A stretch of DNA of 64,000 bases from an uncultured Alphaproteobacteria bacterium (GTDB lineage: Bacteria; Pseudomonadota; Alphaproteobacteria; Bin95). Shown here piece after piece: positions 28,389-38,399 of this stretch. The notes under the pieces are model-generated. The model searched no databases. It was given only the letters and a program-made list of their open reading frames with translations, and was not told the origin of the DNA. The position numbers were made by a program, and so were the translations under genes. Numbering within the stretch: position 1 is the first letter of the stretch; every line of letters begins with the position of its first letter. The DNA is taken from positions 56,308 through 120,307 of the forward strand of contig CALAHN010000089.1 in the NCBI GenBank assembly GCA_937891825.1, read 5' to 3'.

Positions 28389-29531
28389 ATGGCCCTCCGG
28401 CACCCGATCTATGACGCTGATTCCGAACTGATCCGGGATCAGATCCGGCGCTTTATCGCGTCGGAGATCGAGCCTTACGGCGAAGCCTGGGAAGAAGAGG
28501 GCGCCTTTCCCCGTGAGCTTTACCGGAAAGCGGGAGACGCCGGCTTACTTGGGTTGGGCTTCGAGGAGGAGTATGGCGGCTCGGGCGGCGGGCTGCTGTA
28601 CTATTGCCTCGCGCGGGAAGAATTCGCGGCGTCGGGGTTTTCAGGCGTTCGGGTCGGCCTTATGGCCCATGGCATCGGGTTGCCGCCGATCCTGAAACTA
28701 GGGTCCGAGGCGCTCCGACAGGAGATCGCGCCGGCTGTCCTGGCGGGCGACAAGATCATTTGCCTCGCGATTTCCGAGCCCGACGCCGGGTCCGATGTCG
28801 CGAGCATTCGGACGACGGCGCGTCGTGACGGCGACAGCTACATTGTCAATGGCGCGAAGTGTTTCATTTCAAACGGCGTTCGCGCCGACTACATGACGGT
28901 CGCGGTGCGCACAGGCGGCCCAGGCATGGCCGGGGTTTCCTTGCTGGTCATACCGGGCGATGCGCCGGGCGTTTCGCGGACCGCCATGAAGAAGGTCGGT
29001 TGGTGGACATCCGACACCGCGGAAATCGCCTTCGCGGACGTTCGCGTGCCGGCGGCGAACTTGCTGGGCGCTGAGAATGCCGGGTTCCGCGGCATCATGA
29101 ATAATTTCAACCTCGAGCGGTTAGGCATCGCGGCGTCGTTGATCGGCATCAGCCGGTGCGCCTATGACGAAACCGTGCGGTACGCCCATGAGCGGAAGAC
29201 CTTCGGCAAGGCGTTAGCGGAGCATCAGGTCGTGCGCCACAAGCTTGTCGACATGCGCGCCGGGATTGAAGCTTTGCAGGCGATGATGGATACGCTGATC
29301 TGGCGCGTTCAACAGGGCGAGGCATGCATCGCTGAAATTGCGATGCTGAAGGCGTTCGGCGGCGAAATTCAAGAGAAGGTCGCAGCCGAAGCGGCGCAGA
29401 TTTTTGGCGGTGCTGGCATGATCCGCGGGCACAAAGTCGAGCGGATTTTTCGTGAGTCGAAAATCCTGTCCATCGGCGGCGGCAGCGCCGAGGTCATGAA
29501 GGACTTGGCCAGCCGGCAACTCGGCTGGTAG
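28389..29531 (+). CDS. Acyl-CoA dehydrogenase
   Basis: AISEPDAGSD, NGAKCFISNG, FNLERL, RKTFGK, IGGGSAEVMK. Confidence 0.94.
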   Translation: MALRHPIYDADSELIRDQIRRFIASEIEPYGEAWEEEGAFPRELYRKAGDAGLLGLGFEEEYGGSGGGLLYYCLAREEFAASGFSGVRVGLMAHGIGLPPILKLGSEALRQEIAPAVLAGDKIICLAISEPDAGSDVASIRTTARRDGDSYIVNGAKCFISNGVRADYMTVAVRTGGPGMAGVSLLVIPGDAPGVSRTAMKKVGWWTSDTAEIAFADVRVPAANLLGAENAGFRGIMNNFNLERLGIAASLIGISRCAYDETVRYAHERKTFGKALAEHQVVRHKLVDMRAGIEALQAMMDTLIWRVQQGEACIAEIAMLKAFGGEIQEKVAAEAAQIFGGAGMIRGHKVERIFRESKILSIGGGSAEVMKDLASRQLGW

Positions 29532-29558
29532 GGGCGCTGGCCGTCGGCGCAGCGCCCC
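29531..29558. terminator. GC hairpin between convergent genes
   Basis: GGGGCGCTG...CAGCGCCCC 9-bp stem directly after the acyl-CoA dehydrogenase stop; no long U tract. Confidence 0.45.
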
Positions 29559-29587
29559 GTTCCATCGACTGGTAAGCCAGCGGCCGG

Positions 29588-29731
29588 CTATTTCGCCTTT
29601 TTGCCGGCGCCGGTCTTCGGCGCTGTCGGGCGGGCGATGTTGAGCGGGGTTGCTGCTGGCGCGGCTTTCGGCTTCTCCTGCTTCGGTTTCTTGGTTTCCC
29701 GATTGCCGGTTCTATTATTTCCTTTAGCCAT
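29588..29731 (-). CDS. Small Lys-rich hypothetical protein (47 aa)
   Basis: MAKGNNRTGNRETKKPKQEKPK...; GGAG 6 nt upstream of ATG; fills an otherwise empty gap. Confidence 0.65.
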   Translation of the reverse strand: MAKGNNRTGNRETKKPKQEKPKAAPAATPLNIARPTAPKTGAGKKAK

Positions 29732-29935
29732 GATACGCTCCGTCAGGTAAGGGACCGCCGCCGGCAGGCCGGGCAGGGTCTCAGGGGGTTGGAAGACGCA
29801 AGCAATGACTGCGGGGCGCGTCGCTTCCGGCGCGGAGCGCAGACCTTTCAAGGCAAGCTGCGTAGTATTACAGCAATTCCGCGGCGGCCGTAATGATCTT
29901 CTTTGACGGTTCGCAGCTTGCTTGAGCGCCATTCA

Positions 29936-30712
29936 CTACCGGCAGCCGCCGTCGACCCGGATGATGGCGGCCGTCGTGAAGCTGGCATGGTCGGAGGCGA
30001 GATACAGCGCCGCGCCCACGATCTCCTCCGGCGCGCCGCCGCGTTTCATGGCGATCAGGGCGTCGGCGCGCGCCTGAAACGCCGCCGCGTCCCAGGCCTT
30101 CGAAACGTCGGTCAGGAACGGGCCGGGCATGATGCAATTGACCCGAACTTTCGGCCCAAGCGCGTCGGCCAGGGCTTCGGTCATGGCGTTGAGGCCGGCC
30201 TTCGCCGCCGCATAGGTCACGACATGCTTCTGGGGGCGAATCGCGGCCAGGCTGGAAATATTGACGATCGACCCGCCAGCGCCCGCCGCCATGCGTTCGC
30301 CGATCACGGCCGACAACCGGAATGGGCCTTTCAGGTTGAGATCGAGCACGGCGTCGTAGAGCCGCTCGTCGATGCTTGTCAGGCTTTCGTAGAGCGGCGA
30401 CTTGCCAGCATTGTTCACCAGAATATCGACCCGTCCGAAGCGGTCGTAGGCGGCGTCGATCAGGGCGTCGCAGCCATCCCAGCGGCTGACATTGGCGGCG
30501 ACGGGCAGGGCCTGGCGGCCGAGGGCCGCAATCTCCGCCGCGACGGCCTGGCAGGCGTCCAGCTTGCGGGAGGCGACGACGATGTCCGCGCCAGCTTCGG
30601 CATAGGCCAGCGCGATCGCCCGACCGAGGCCCCGACTGCCGCCGGTGATCAAGGCGACCTTGCCGGAGAGGTCGATGACATGGCGGCCGGGCAATGGGGA
30701 TGAATTGGCCAT
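29936..30712 (-). CDS. SDR family oxidoreductase
   Basis: TGGSRGLG, NNAG, YAAAK. Confidence 0.92.
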   Translation of the reverse strand: MANSSPLPGRHVIDLSGKVALITGGSRGLGRAIALAYAEAGADIVVASRKLDACQAVAAEIAALGRQALPVAANVSRWDGCDALIDAAYDRFGRVDILVNNAGKSPLYESLTSIDERLYDAVLDLNLKGPFRLSAVIGERMAAGAGGSIVNISSLAAIRPQKHVVTYAAAKAGLNAMTEALADALGPKVRVNCIMPGPFLTDVSKAWDAAAFQARADALIAMKRGGAPEEIVGAALYLASDHASFTTAAIIRVDGGCR

Positions 30713-30715
30713 CGG

Positions 30716-31162
30716 TCAAATCCCTTCGCGGATGAACTGGGGCACGTTCATGCCCTTGCCGCGCGCTTCGAAGACGCAGCGGACGGCGTCGCCGATGGCG
30801 ACTGCTAGCGCGCCCGGACCGACGATACTGGCCAGCATCCGCGGGCCCTCGGCCAGGTCGATCAGCGCGATCGGGTAGGGCGCGCGAGCTTGAAAGACCG
30901 GGTCGGGCGCGCGGCGGACGATGGAGAAGCTGTAGACGACGCCCCGGCCCGACGCCTCGAACCATTCCACGTCCGCCTGGTCCCCGCCTGCCCGTTCCCC
31001 CCTCGCAGGCGACATCTGGCGGGGATAATGCCAGACCGCGCCGGATGTCCGGCAGCGCTGCAGCATCAGCCGACCCTCTGCCGCCGCCGCCCAATAGGGC
31101 GCGGTCGCGGCGGTCGGCAGCGGCAGCGGCAGGGCAAGGTCGAGGGCGCCGTCGTCCGGCAT
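30716..31162 (-). CDS. DUF35/ChsH2-like Zn-ribbon plus OB-fold protein
   Basis: APYW..AAEGRLMLQRC, SGRGVVYSFS, DLAEGPRM. Confidence 0.85.
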   Translation of the reverse strand: MPDDGALDLALPLPLPTAATAPYWAAAAEGRLMLQRCRTSGAVWHYPRQMSPARGERAGGDQADVEWFEASGRGVVYSFSIVRRAPDPVFQARAPYPIALIDLAEGPRMLASIVGPGALAVAIGDAVRCVFEARGKGMNVPQFIREGI

Positions 31163-31165
31163 GGC

Positions 31166-32938
31166 TCAGGCGCCGTCGAGGGGATAGGCCAGCACGGCCT
31201 CCGCCTCATCGTCCATTGTGCCCGCGAGCGCCAGCGCCGGCGGCAGCATGCGCTTGGCGAAATAGCGGGCGGCGGCGACGCGCTTGTCGGCGAAGCGCAC
31301 ATCGTCGCCGGCCCATGCCGGGGCGCTGGCCGCGCCCTTGGCGAGGAGCCATGCGGAGACGACCCGGCCGGTCAGGGTCAGGAAATCGACGGCGGCGACG
31401 GCGGCGGCGGCCTGGTTCGCGGCGAAGCGAGCCAATTGCGCCGCGGTCGCGGCCTCCAGCCCGTCGACGGCTTGCGCCACAGCGTCCGCGATATCGGCAA
31501 GCGGGCCGCCTTCGAGCGGCGCCAAGTCCGCCCGCATCAGCGCGACCAGTTCCGCCATGGCGGCGCCATTGTCGCGGACGAGCTTGCGGCCGAGCAGGTC
31601 CATCGCCTGAATGCCGTTGGTGCCCTCATAAATCGGCGCGATCCGCGAATCGCGCAGAATCTGGGCGGCGCCGGTTTCCTCGATAAAGCCCATGCCGCCA
31701 TGCACCTGGACGTTGGTCGAAGCGACTTCCATGCCTCGGTCCGTGCAATAGGCTTTCACAACCGGGATCAACAGGTCGAGCAGCCGTTGGGCCGCGGCGC
31801 GCCGGTCCGCGTCCGCCGACCGCCGCGCCTCGTCCATCCTGGCGGCGGCCCAATAACACAGGGCGCGCATGGCTTCGGTCTCGGCCTGCATGACCAGCAG
31901 CATGCGTTTCACGTCCGGATGCCGGTCGATCGGGGCGTTGAATTCGCCCGTCGCCATGTCGCGGCCCTGGCGGCGTTCGGCGGCGAAACTGCGCGCCTGC
32001 TGCAAGGCCCGTTCCGCGACGGACAGGCCCTGCAGCCCGACGCCGAGCCGGGCATTGTTCATCATGGTGAACATGGCCTGGATGCCGCCGTTTTCATTGC
32101 CGACCAGCCAGCCGGTCGCGCCCTCGTCATCGCCGTAGGACATGACGCAGGTGGGGCTGCCGTGAATGCCGAGCTTATGCTCCAGCGACACAGGCCTGAG
32201 ATCGTTGCGGGCGCCCAGGCTGCCGTCGGCGTTTACCAGGAACTTCGGCACGACAAACAGCGACACGCCGCGAATGCCGTCCGGCGCGCCCTCGATCCGG
32301 GCGAGGACCATGTGGACGATGTTGTCCGTCATGTCGTGGTCGCCATAACTGATAAAGATTTTCTGCCCAAAAATACGATAGGCGTCGCCGTCCCGCACGG
32401 CCTTCGTGCGCAGGGCGCCGACATCGGACCCTGCCTGTGGTTCGGTCAGGTTCATGGTGCCGGTCCATTCGCCGGAGACCATCCTTTCCAGATACAGCGC
32501 CTTCTGCTCCGGTTTGCCATGCGCTTCCAGCAAATCGATGGCGCCCTGGGTCAGCAGCGGTCCGAGGGAGAAGGAGAGGCAGGCCGAGCCCCACATTTCA
32601 CTGAGCGCGGTTGAAACCGCCCAGGGCAAGCCGCCGCCGCCGATATCAGGATCGAACGCCGGACCGTTCCAGCCGCTGGCCGTATATTGCTTGTAAGCGT
32701 CGATCCAGCCGGGCGAGGTCCGGACGACGCCGTTTTCGATACGCGGCGGGGATGTGTCTCCGACCCGCTGAAGCGGCGCCAGGACATCGGCCGCGAGCTT
32801 GCCTGCTTCCTCCAGCGCCGCCCTGACGAGGTCGGGCTGCGCGTCTTCGAGGCCGGGCAGCGTCGCCAGCGTTTTCAACCCGGCGACGGCTTCCAGGGCA
32901 AACTGCATTTCCTTCAGCGGCGCGACATATCCAGTCAT
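31166..32938 (-). CDS. Long-type acyl-CoA dehydrogenase (DmdC/FadE5-like)
   Basis: GTMNLTEPQAGSD, KIFISYGDHD, EHKLGIHGSPTC, MMNNARL, IYEGTNGIQA. Confidence 0.92.
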   Translation of the reverse strand: MTGYVAPLKEMQFALEAVAGLKTLATLPGLEDAQPDLVRAALEEAGKLAADVLAPLQRVGDTSPPRIENGVVRTSPGWIDAYKQYTASGWNGPAFDPDIGGGGLPWAVSTALSEMWGSACLSFSLGPLLTQGAIDLLEAHGKPEQKALYLERMVSGEWTGTMNLTEPQAGSDVGALRTKAVRDGDAYRIFGQKIFISYGDHDMTDNIVHMVLARIEGAPDGIRGVSLFVVPKFLVNADGSLGARNDLRPVSLEHKLGIHGSPTCVMSYGDDEGATGWLVGNENGGIQAMFTMMNNARLGVGLQGLSVAERALQQARSFAAERRQGRDMATGEFNAPIDRHPDVKRMLLVMQAETEAMRALCYWAAARMDEARRSADADRRAAAQRLLDLLIPVVKAYCTDRGMEVASTNVQVHGGMGFIEETGAAQILRDSRIAPIYEGTNGIQAMDLLGRKLVRDNGAAMAELVALMRADLAPLEGGPLADIADAVAQAVDGLEAATAAQLARFAANQAAAAVAAVDFLTLTGRVVSAWLLAKGAASAPAWAGDDVRFADKRVAAARYFAKRMLPPALALAGTMDDEAEAVLAYPLDGA

Positions 32939-33028
32939 TCCGTCCTCGTACGTTCTGATTTGTGCCGGTCAGGGTGTCGCGCGAACCGCGCCAAAGGTAA
33001 AGCGCGGTTCCTGGCGTTGGCGCGCATG

Positions 33029-34198
33029 TCAGGTCATCGCCTGCAAGCGTTCGACCGCGAGCCGCGCCCGTTCCGGGGCGATATTGCCGAAGGCGAACCG
33101 GATCGCGCGCTCCTGGCCCGGCCCGAAGGCGGACCCAGGCATCGCCATGATCGCGGCTTCATCCGCGAGCCGCTTCGCCGCCGCCATGGCGTCGTCGCCG
33201 AAGGGGTGGCGGCAATAGGCGAAAAACCCGCCCGCTGAAATGATCGGGAACCGGTCCGCGAGGGGCGCCATGGCTTCGCGGAAGGCTGCAAGCCGCGCCT
33301 GCATCTCTGCCGCGCGCTCCCGCCGCCAGGACCCCAGGCGCTCCAGGCCGTAGAGGGCGGCCGCCTGTCCCGGCTGGCAGGCGCAGATCGCAATCGAATC
33401 CAACGCCTTCTGGATGGCGGCGATCGTCGGCGCGCCCGCCACGACCGCGCCGACCCGGAGGCCCGGCATCGCGTAGGCTTTCGAGAAACTGTAAAGCTGG
33501 ACGACGGTCTCGCTCCAGGCAGGGTCGCGGAGCAGGGCGTGGGGCGGTCCCTCGCTCGGAATGAAATCCCGGTAGGTCTCGTCGACGATCAGGGCGAGGC
33601 CGCGGGCCGCCGCCAGGTCGTGAAACGCCTGCAGGATGGCGGCTGGATAGATCGCGCCGGTCGGATTGTTGGGCGTCACCAGAACGATGGCCCGGGTCCG
33701 GGGCGTGATCAGGCGGGCGGCCGCATCCGGGTCGGGGACCATGGCGTTTTCCGGGCGGCAGGGCAGCATCGCCGCCTCGATCCCCAGCATGTCGAGCGTC
33801 ATTTTGTGATTGAAGTACCAGGGCGCCGGCAGAATGACCTGATCGCCGGCCCGCGCCAGCGCCATGATGGCGACGACATAAGCTTGATTGCAGCCGCTCG
33901 TGATCGCGGTTTCTTCGGCTTTGACGGACGCGCCGTAGACCCGGTTGGTCTCATTGGCGAGCGCAGCGCGGAGCGCCGAGGTTCCAAGGATCGGCTGGTA
34001 ACGCCCAGCTTCCGGCTCCATCAGCTTTGTGGCGGCATGCTGGGCCAGGTCCGTCGCCATCGGCCAGCCGGGGGCCGCCTGAGCCAGGTCGAGCAAGGGC
34101 CGGTCTTCCGGGAAGTTGCGGCCGGCCGTCCAGCTTTGCACCAGCGCGACGGGCGGTGCTTCGACGGCGTCGAGCAATGGGTTCAGGGCGGAAGCCAT
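33029..34198 (-). CDS. Class I/II PLP-dependent aminotransferase
   Basis: VTPNNPTG, DETY, SFSKAY...GLRVG. Confidence 0.92.
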   Translation of the reverse strand: MASALNPLLDAVEAPPVALVQSWTAGRNFPEDRPLLDLAQAAPGWPMATDLAQHAATKLMEPEAGRYQPILGTSALRAALANETNRVYGASVKAEETAITSGCNQAYVVAIMALARAGDQVILPAPWYFNHKMTLDMLGIEAAMLPCRPENAMVPDPDAAARLITPRTRAIVLVTPNNPTGAIYPAAILQAFHDLAAARGLALIVDETYRDFIPSEGPPHALLRDPAWSETVVQLYSFSKAYAMPGLRVGAVVAGAPTIAAIQKALDSIAICACQPGQAAALYGLERLGSWRRERAAEMQARLAAFREAMAPLADRFPIISAGGFFAYCRHPFGDDAMAAAKRLADEAAIMAMPGSAFGPGQERAIRFAFGNIAPERARLAVERLQAMT

Positions 34199-35040
34199 CA
34201 GTTCAACCGGTTCCGCAATTCCTGCAACAGCGCCGCCGCCTTGTGGCGCAGGCTCTCATTCGGCTCCAGCGCCAGATAGCGCTCGAAATTCCGGATGGCG
34301 TCGCCGATATTCTCCAGCCGCATGTGCATCATCGCGATTTCCCGATGCAGGTCGCCGATGGCGGGCGCGAAGGCCGCCATCGCTTCCGCGACTTTCAGCG
34401 CGCCGGCGATGTCGCCGCCGCGCAGCCGCCGGAGCTTGATGTTGTTCTGGAGGCGCAGCAGGACGTCGCGGTCGGATACCGGCTGGTAGCAAGCCGCCGT
34501 CAATTCGGCATGTTCGCCTTGCACGGCCTTCAGAATGCGCCGCATGTCGGGCGCGGTCAGCACGGCCGCATTGTCGAAGGGATCGAGCGGCAGGCGCTGG
34601 CCTTCATCCTCCAGGCATAGCAGGAAATGGCCGGGGAAGCCCAAGCCGATCATGCGCCAGCCCAGGCGATGCGCGATGCTCATGTGCAGGATGCCGAGCG
34701 CGACCGGCAGGCCCTTCTTCCGGTCGATGACCCGGATCAGGCTGGCGTTCTGCATGTCGTCATAGGTCTGGGCGTCGCCGGTATAGCCGTGGGACATATG
34801 GACGACTTCAGCCAGCGCCGCCGCGCGGGCCTGAATGTCCGCTGGGGCGAACGCCGCGGTTTCGCCGGCCAGCGCATCCAGATGGGCGAGATAGCGGCCG
34901 AGCGCCGCCCGCGGGCGCTCCAGCGCGGCAAACGCGAGCGCCGCGGCGCCGGGGTCGAAACCGTCGTCCGGGCCCTGGCCAAGCTGGGTCAGGTAGTCGA
35001 GCGGGGCGTCGGCCCAGGGCGGATCGTCGTCACGGCGCAT
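34198..35040 (-). CDS. SirB1 family transglutaminase-like/TPR protein
   Basis: GYTGD..TYDD, RKKGLPVALGI, FPGHFL, DPFD, RLQNNIK, C-terminal TPR. Confidence 0.88.
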   Translation of the reverse strand: MRRDDDPPWADAPLDYLTQLGQGPDDGFDPGAAALAFAALERPRAALGRYLAHLDALAGETAAFAPADIQARAAALAEVVHMSHGYTGDAQTYDDMQNASLIRVIDRKKGLPVALGILHMSIAHRLGWRMIGLGFPGHFLLCLEDEGQRLPLDPFDNAAVLTAPDMRRILKAVQGEHAELTAACYQPVSDRDVLLRLQNNIKLRRLRGGDIAGALKVAEAMAAFAPAIGDLHREIAMMHMRLENIGDAIRNFERYLALEPNESLRHKAAALLQELRNRLN

Positions 35041-35061
35041 CGCTGCCGTTGTTCCTTCCGG

Positions 35062-35421
35062 TCATGGCCGCCATGCATCGGGCAGGTGGCGGGGCAGCCG
35101 CCAGGGCCGCACCACCACGATATCAAACCTCAGGCGGCGTTTGGCAAGGCTCGGTCGCTGCGCCGCGAGCCATTCCGCCGCCTGCTGCAGGCGGCGGCGT
35201 TGCCTGGGCGTCACGGCGGCGACCCCGCTTTCGAAATCGCGCCGCGCTTTCACTTCGACAATCGCCGCGACATCGCCTTTCAACACGACGAGATCGATCT
35301 CGCCGAAGGGCGTCTTGGCGCGGCGGGCGACGGTTCGATAACCGGCGGCGGCGAGCCGCCACGCCGTCAGGGCTTCCGCGACCCGGCCCAGGCGCTCGCG
35401 GGATTGCCGGCTCGGCCTCAC
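35062..35421 (-). CDS. yraN: YraN (UPF0102) family nuclease-like protein
   Basis: GRVAE, GEIDLV, VEVKAR, RFDIV; GTG start overlapping the rsmI stop. Confidence 0.88.
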   Translation of the reverse strand: MRPSRQSRERLGRVAEALTAWRLAAAGYRTVARRAKTPFGEIDLVVLKGDVAAIVEVKARRDFESGVAAVTPRQRRRLQQAAEWLAAQRPSLAKRRLRFDIVVVRPWRLPRHLPDAWRP

Positions 35422-36284
35422 GCTTCGGCCTTGAGCTGGAGGGCGCGCTGGTAGGCGTCGCGCTGGGACAGGCCCGTGGCGGCGGCGGCGGCCTTTGCGG
35501 CGTCCCTGACCGTCATCTCCCGAAGCAGCGGCCGGAGCGCCGCATCCAGATCGGCGGGGTCGGCGGCGACTGCGAGCGGCGGCGCGACGACGATGGTCGC
35601 CTCGCCCTTCGGCGCGCCGGCCTCGGCATAATGCGCGGCAAGCTCGGCCAGCCCGCCGCGGCGGGCTTCTTCGAAGAGCTTGGTCAACTCGCGGCCGACA
35701 CAAGCTTGCCGGTCGCCCAGAACCGCCGCCATGTCGGCGAGCGAGCCTTCCAGGCGCCTGACGCTCTCGAAGAAGATCAGCGTCGCCGGGATCGCCGCCA
35801 ACTCGCCGAGCCAGCGCTGCCGTTGGCCGGATTTTGTGGGCGGAAATCCTGCAAACAGGAACCGGTCGGAGGGGAGGCCCGCCAGGGTCAGCGCCGCGAG
35901 CGCCGCCGAAGCGCCTGGCACCGGGATGACGCGATATCCTGCGGCGATCGCGGCCTGGACGAGGCGGAATCCGGGGTCGGAGACAAGCGGCGTGCCGGCG
36001 TCCGTCGCGAGCGCGATAGCTTCGCCGGCGCCGAGCCGCTCGAGCAGCTGCGGTTCGGCGCGGGCGGCGGCATGCTCGTCATAGCGGATCAAGGTGGGGG
36101 CGGATATTCCGTGGATATCCAGAAGCTTCCGGGTGACGCGTGTATCCTCGGACGCGATTGCATTGGCCGCGCCCAGTACGTCCAACGCCCGAAGGGTAAT
36201 GTCGCGCGCATTGCCGATGGGGGTGGCGACGATGTATAGCCCTGGCTCTAGGCTCTGTTCGGGGCGGGCGAATGAGGCTGGCAA
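35418..36284 (-). CDS. rsmI: 16S rRNA C1402 2'-O-methyltransferase
   Basis: LYIVATPIGN, EDTRVT, DAGTPLVSDPG, RELTKLFEE, KGE. Confidence 0.96.
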   Translation of the reverse strand: MPASFARPEQSLEPGLYIVATPIGNARDITLRALDVLGAANAIASEDTRVTRKLLDIHGISAPTLIRYDEHAAARAEPQLLERLGAGEAIALATDAGTPLVSDPGFRLVQAAIAAGYRVIPVPGASAALAALTLAGLPSDRFLFAGFPPTKSGQRQRWLGELAAIPATLIFFESVRRLEGSLADMAAVLGDRQACVGRELTKLFEEARRGGLAELAAHYAEAGAPKGEATIVVAPPLAVAADPADLDAALRPLLREMTVRDAAKAAAAATGLSQRDAYQRALQLKAEA

Positions 36285-36340
36285 AACGGTTCAGACTCCG
36301 AGGCGCTGCTGATGACCTTCCGTAGACTATGCCACAGTGT

Positions 36341-37531
36341 ATGAGCGGGCGCGGCCACATTCTCGGGCTGGCGGCGGCGGTCCTGCTTGCCGGCTGCTCG
36401 GGCGAGGGCGTCACCCGGACCGACCAGGGGGCGATTGAGCGTCGCTGGTCCGATGGCCAGTTGCCGCGCTATGGCGGGCCGCGGCCGGGCGCGACGAATA
36501 CGGCGCCGCTCAAAGTCGGCTTGCTGCTGCCGCTGACCGGCCGCTATGCCGCCTATGGCCAGAGCTTGTTGAATGCGGCGGCGCTCGCCCTGTTCGATGC
36601 GCCGTCCGAGCGCGCGGTCGACCTGTTGCCGCGGGACACGGGCGGCACGCCGGAAGGCGCGGCCGCCGCGGCTGTCGATGCGGCAGCGGCTGGCGCAGGC
36701 GTCCTGATCGGCCCCGCGCTCGAAGCGTCGGCGGCGGCGGCGCAACGCAGCGTCGGCGCAAGCGGCGCGCCCCTGCTGATGCTTTCGGGCGACCGGCGGC
36801 TGGCGGCGTCGGGGGCGTTTGTCGCCGGTCATGCGCCGGCGGCGCTCGCGACCCAGATCGTGGATTTCGCCTATCGTCGCGGCGTTCGGGTCATCGCGGG
36901 CCTCGGCCCCGACACACGCGCCGCGTCGGAAGCGCTGCTCGGCATGCAGGCGGCGGCGCAGGCGCGGGGCATGACCATCGTGTCGACGGGCGTGCTGCGC
37001 GGGCCGATGGCCGAGCCGGAATTGCATGCGGCCATCGCCCAGGTCTTGCAGGCGATAGGACCGGACGGCGCCCTGTTCCTGCCGTTTCCGGCGGAGAGCC
37101 TGCCGCCGATCGCGCGATCGATCCAGGCCGTCAGCGGCGGCCGGTCGCCGATCCTGCTGGGCCTGGCGGACTGGGACAGCATCGGCCTCGCGACCTTGCC
37201 AAGCTTTGGCCGCGCCTTTTTTGCCGGGCCCGATCCGGCGCAGACGGCGGCGTTTCGGCGCCGATATGCGGCGTTTTTCGGCAGCGCGCCGCCGCGCGAC
37301 GCAGCCCTGGTTTACGATCTCGTGGCGACAGCCCAGGTCGCCGGATCGGCCGCGCCCGGCAGGGGCCTCAGCGCCTATGCCTTGGAAGCCCCTGGCGGTT
37401 TCGTCGGCGTCGAAGGGCCGTTTCGCCTGACGCGGGAAGGGGCCGCGCGCCGGGCCTACAGCATTGTCGGCATCGTCGGCGGACGCCTGCAGGCGATCGA
37501 GCCAGCCTCGGCCGGCCTGCTCGCTAACTGA
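36341..37531 (+). CDS. LppC/LpoA-like penicillin-binding protein activator lipoprotein
   Basis: Lipobox LAGC, KVGLLLPLTG, DTGGTPEGA, IGP, GFVGVEGPFRL; divergent from rsmI as is usual. Confidence 0.8.
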   Translation: MSGRGHILGLAAAVLLAGCSGEGVTRTDQGAIERRWSDGQLPRYGGPRPGATNTAPLKVGLLLPLTGRYAAYGQSLLNAAALALFDAPSERAVDLLPRDTGGTPEGAAAAAVDAAAAGAGVLIGPALEASAAAAQRSVGASGAPLLMLSGDRRLAASGAFVAGHAPAALATQIVDFAYRRGVRVIAGLGPDTRAASEALLGMQAAAQARGMTIVSTGVLRGPMAEPELHAAIAQVLQAIGPDGALFLPFPAESLPPIARSIQAVSGGRSPILLGLADWDSIGLATLPSFGRAFFAGPDPAQTAAFRRRYAAFFGSAPPRDAALVYDLVATAQVAGSAAPGRGLSAYALEAPGGFVGVEGPFRLTREGAARRAYSIVGIVGGRLQAIEPASAGLLAN

Positions 37532-38399
37532 TGACGTAGCCGGACGGCTCGCCGATCAGCGTCGCGCGCAGCATATGCCGGGGCTCGGATTGGTCGAAAT
37601 CCGCGAGCGCCATATGCATGGTCGTGCGATTGTCCCAGCAGACAAGATCGCCTTCCTGCCATTGATGACGGTAGACGTTCTCCGGCTGGGTCGCGTGCTG
37701 GCAGAGGAAATCGATCAGCGGCCGGCTCTCCCGGACCGTCATGCCCGCGAAGTAGGAGACCCGTTCGCTGACATAAAGCGCCCGCCGACCGCTCTTCGCA
37801 TGGGTGCGGACAGCCGGATGGGCGATCGGCGGGTTCAGGCGTTTCACCTCCGCCGTCTTTGCCGGATCGCGGTCGCCGATCCCGGCGGTCAGCGAGATGT
37901 CGTAGACCGCCTCCAGGTCGTCGACGATCGACCGGAGCTTGGGCGACAGCGTTTCGTAGGCCCTCGCCATATTGGCGAACATGGTGTCGCCGCCGACAGG
38001 CGGGCGCGTGTCGCAATAGAGCATCGATCCGCCGGCTGGACGGCTCGTGTAGGAATAGTCGGAATGCCAGTTCCGGCCGGTATTCCGGGTTTCCGAAGGC
38101 TTGCCGTTCTGCTCGCGGTTCGTCACCTGCAGCAGTTCGGGAATTTCCGGATGGCGATAGGCCGGCGTCGAGGCATGGTCGTCGAGCGGGCCGAAGGCGC
38201 TGGCGAAATTCAGGATGCCATTCGGCTCGACGCGCTGGCCCCGAAAGACGATCAGATGATGCTCGTGCCAGAGCGCTTCGATCGCGGCGACCGTCGCCGC
38301 GTCTGGCCGGGTCCGGATATCGACGCCGTCGATCCTGGCGCCCAATGCGTAGCCAAGCGGGGTCGCGGCGATCTGGCTGTTGCGGCGGTCGTCGGACAT
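37524..38399 (-). CDS. TauD/TfdA family 2OG-Fe(II) dioxygenase
   Basis: WHSDYSY, PPVGGDTMF, HPAVRTH, WDNRTTMH. Confidence 0.93.
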   Translation of the reverse strand: MSDDRRNSQIAATPLGYALGARIDGVDIRTRPDAATVAAIEALWHEHHLIVFRGQRVEPNGILNFASAFGPLDDHASTPAYRHPEIPELLQVTNREQNGKPSETRNTGRNWHSDYSYTSRPAGGSMLYCDTRPPVGGDTMFANMARAYETLSPKLRSIVDDLEAVYDISLTAGIGDRDPAKTAEVKRLNPPIAHPAVRTHAKSGRRALYVSERVSYFAGMTVRESRPLIDFLCQHATQPENVYRHQWQEGDLVCWDNRTTMHMALADFDQSEPRHMLRATLIGEPSGYVIS

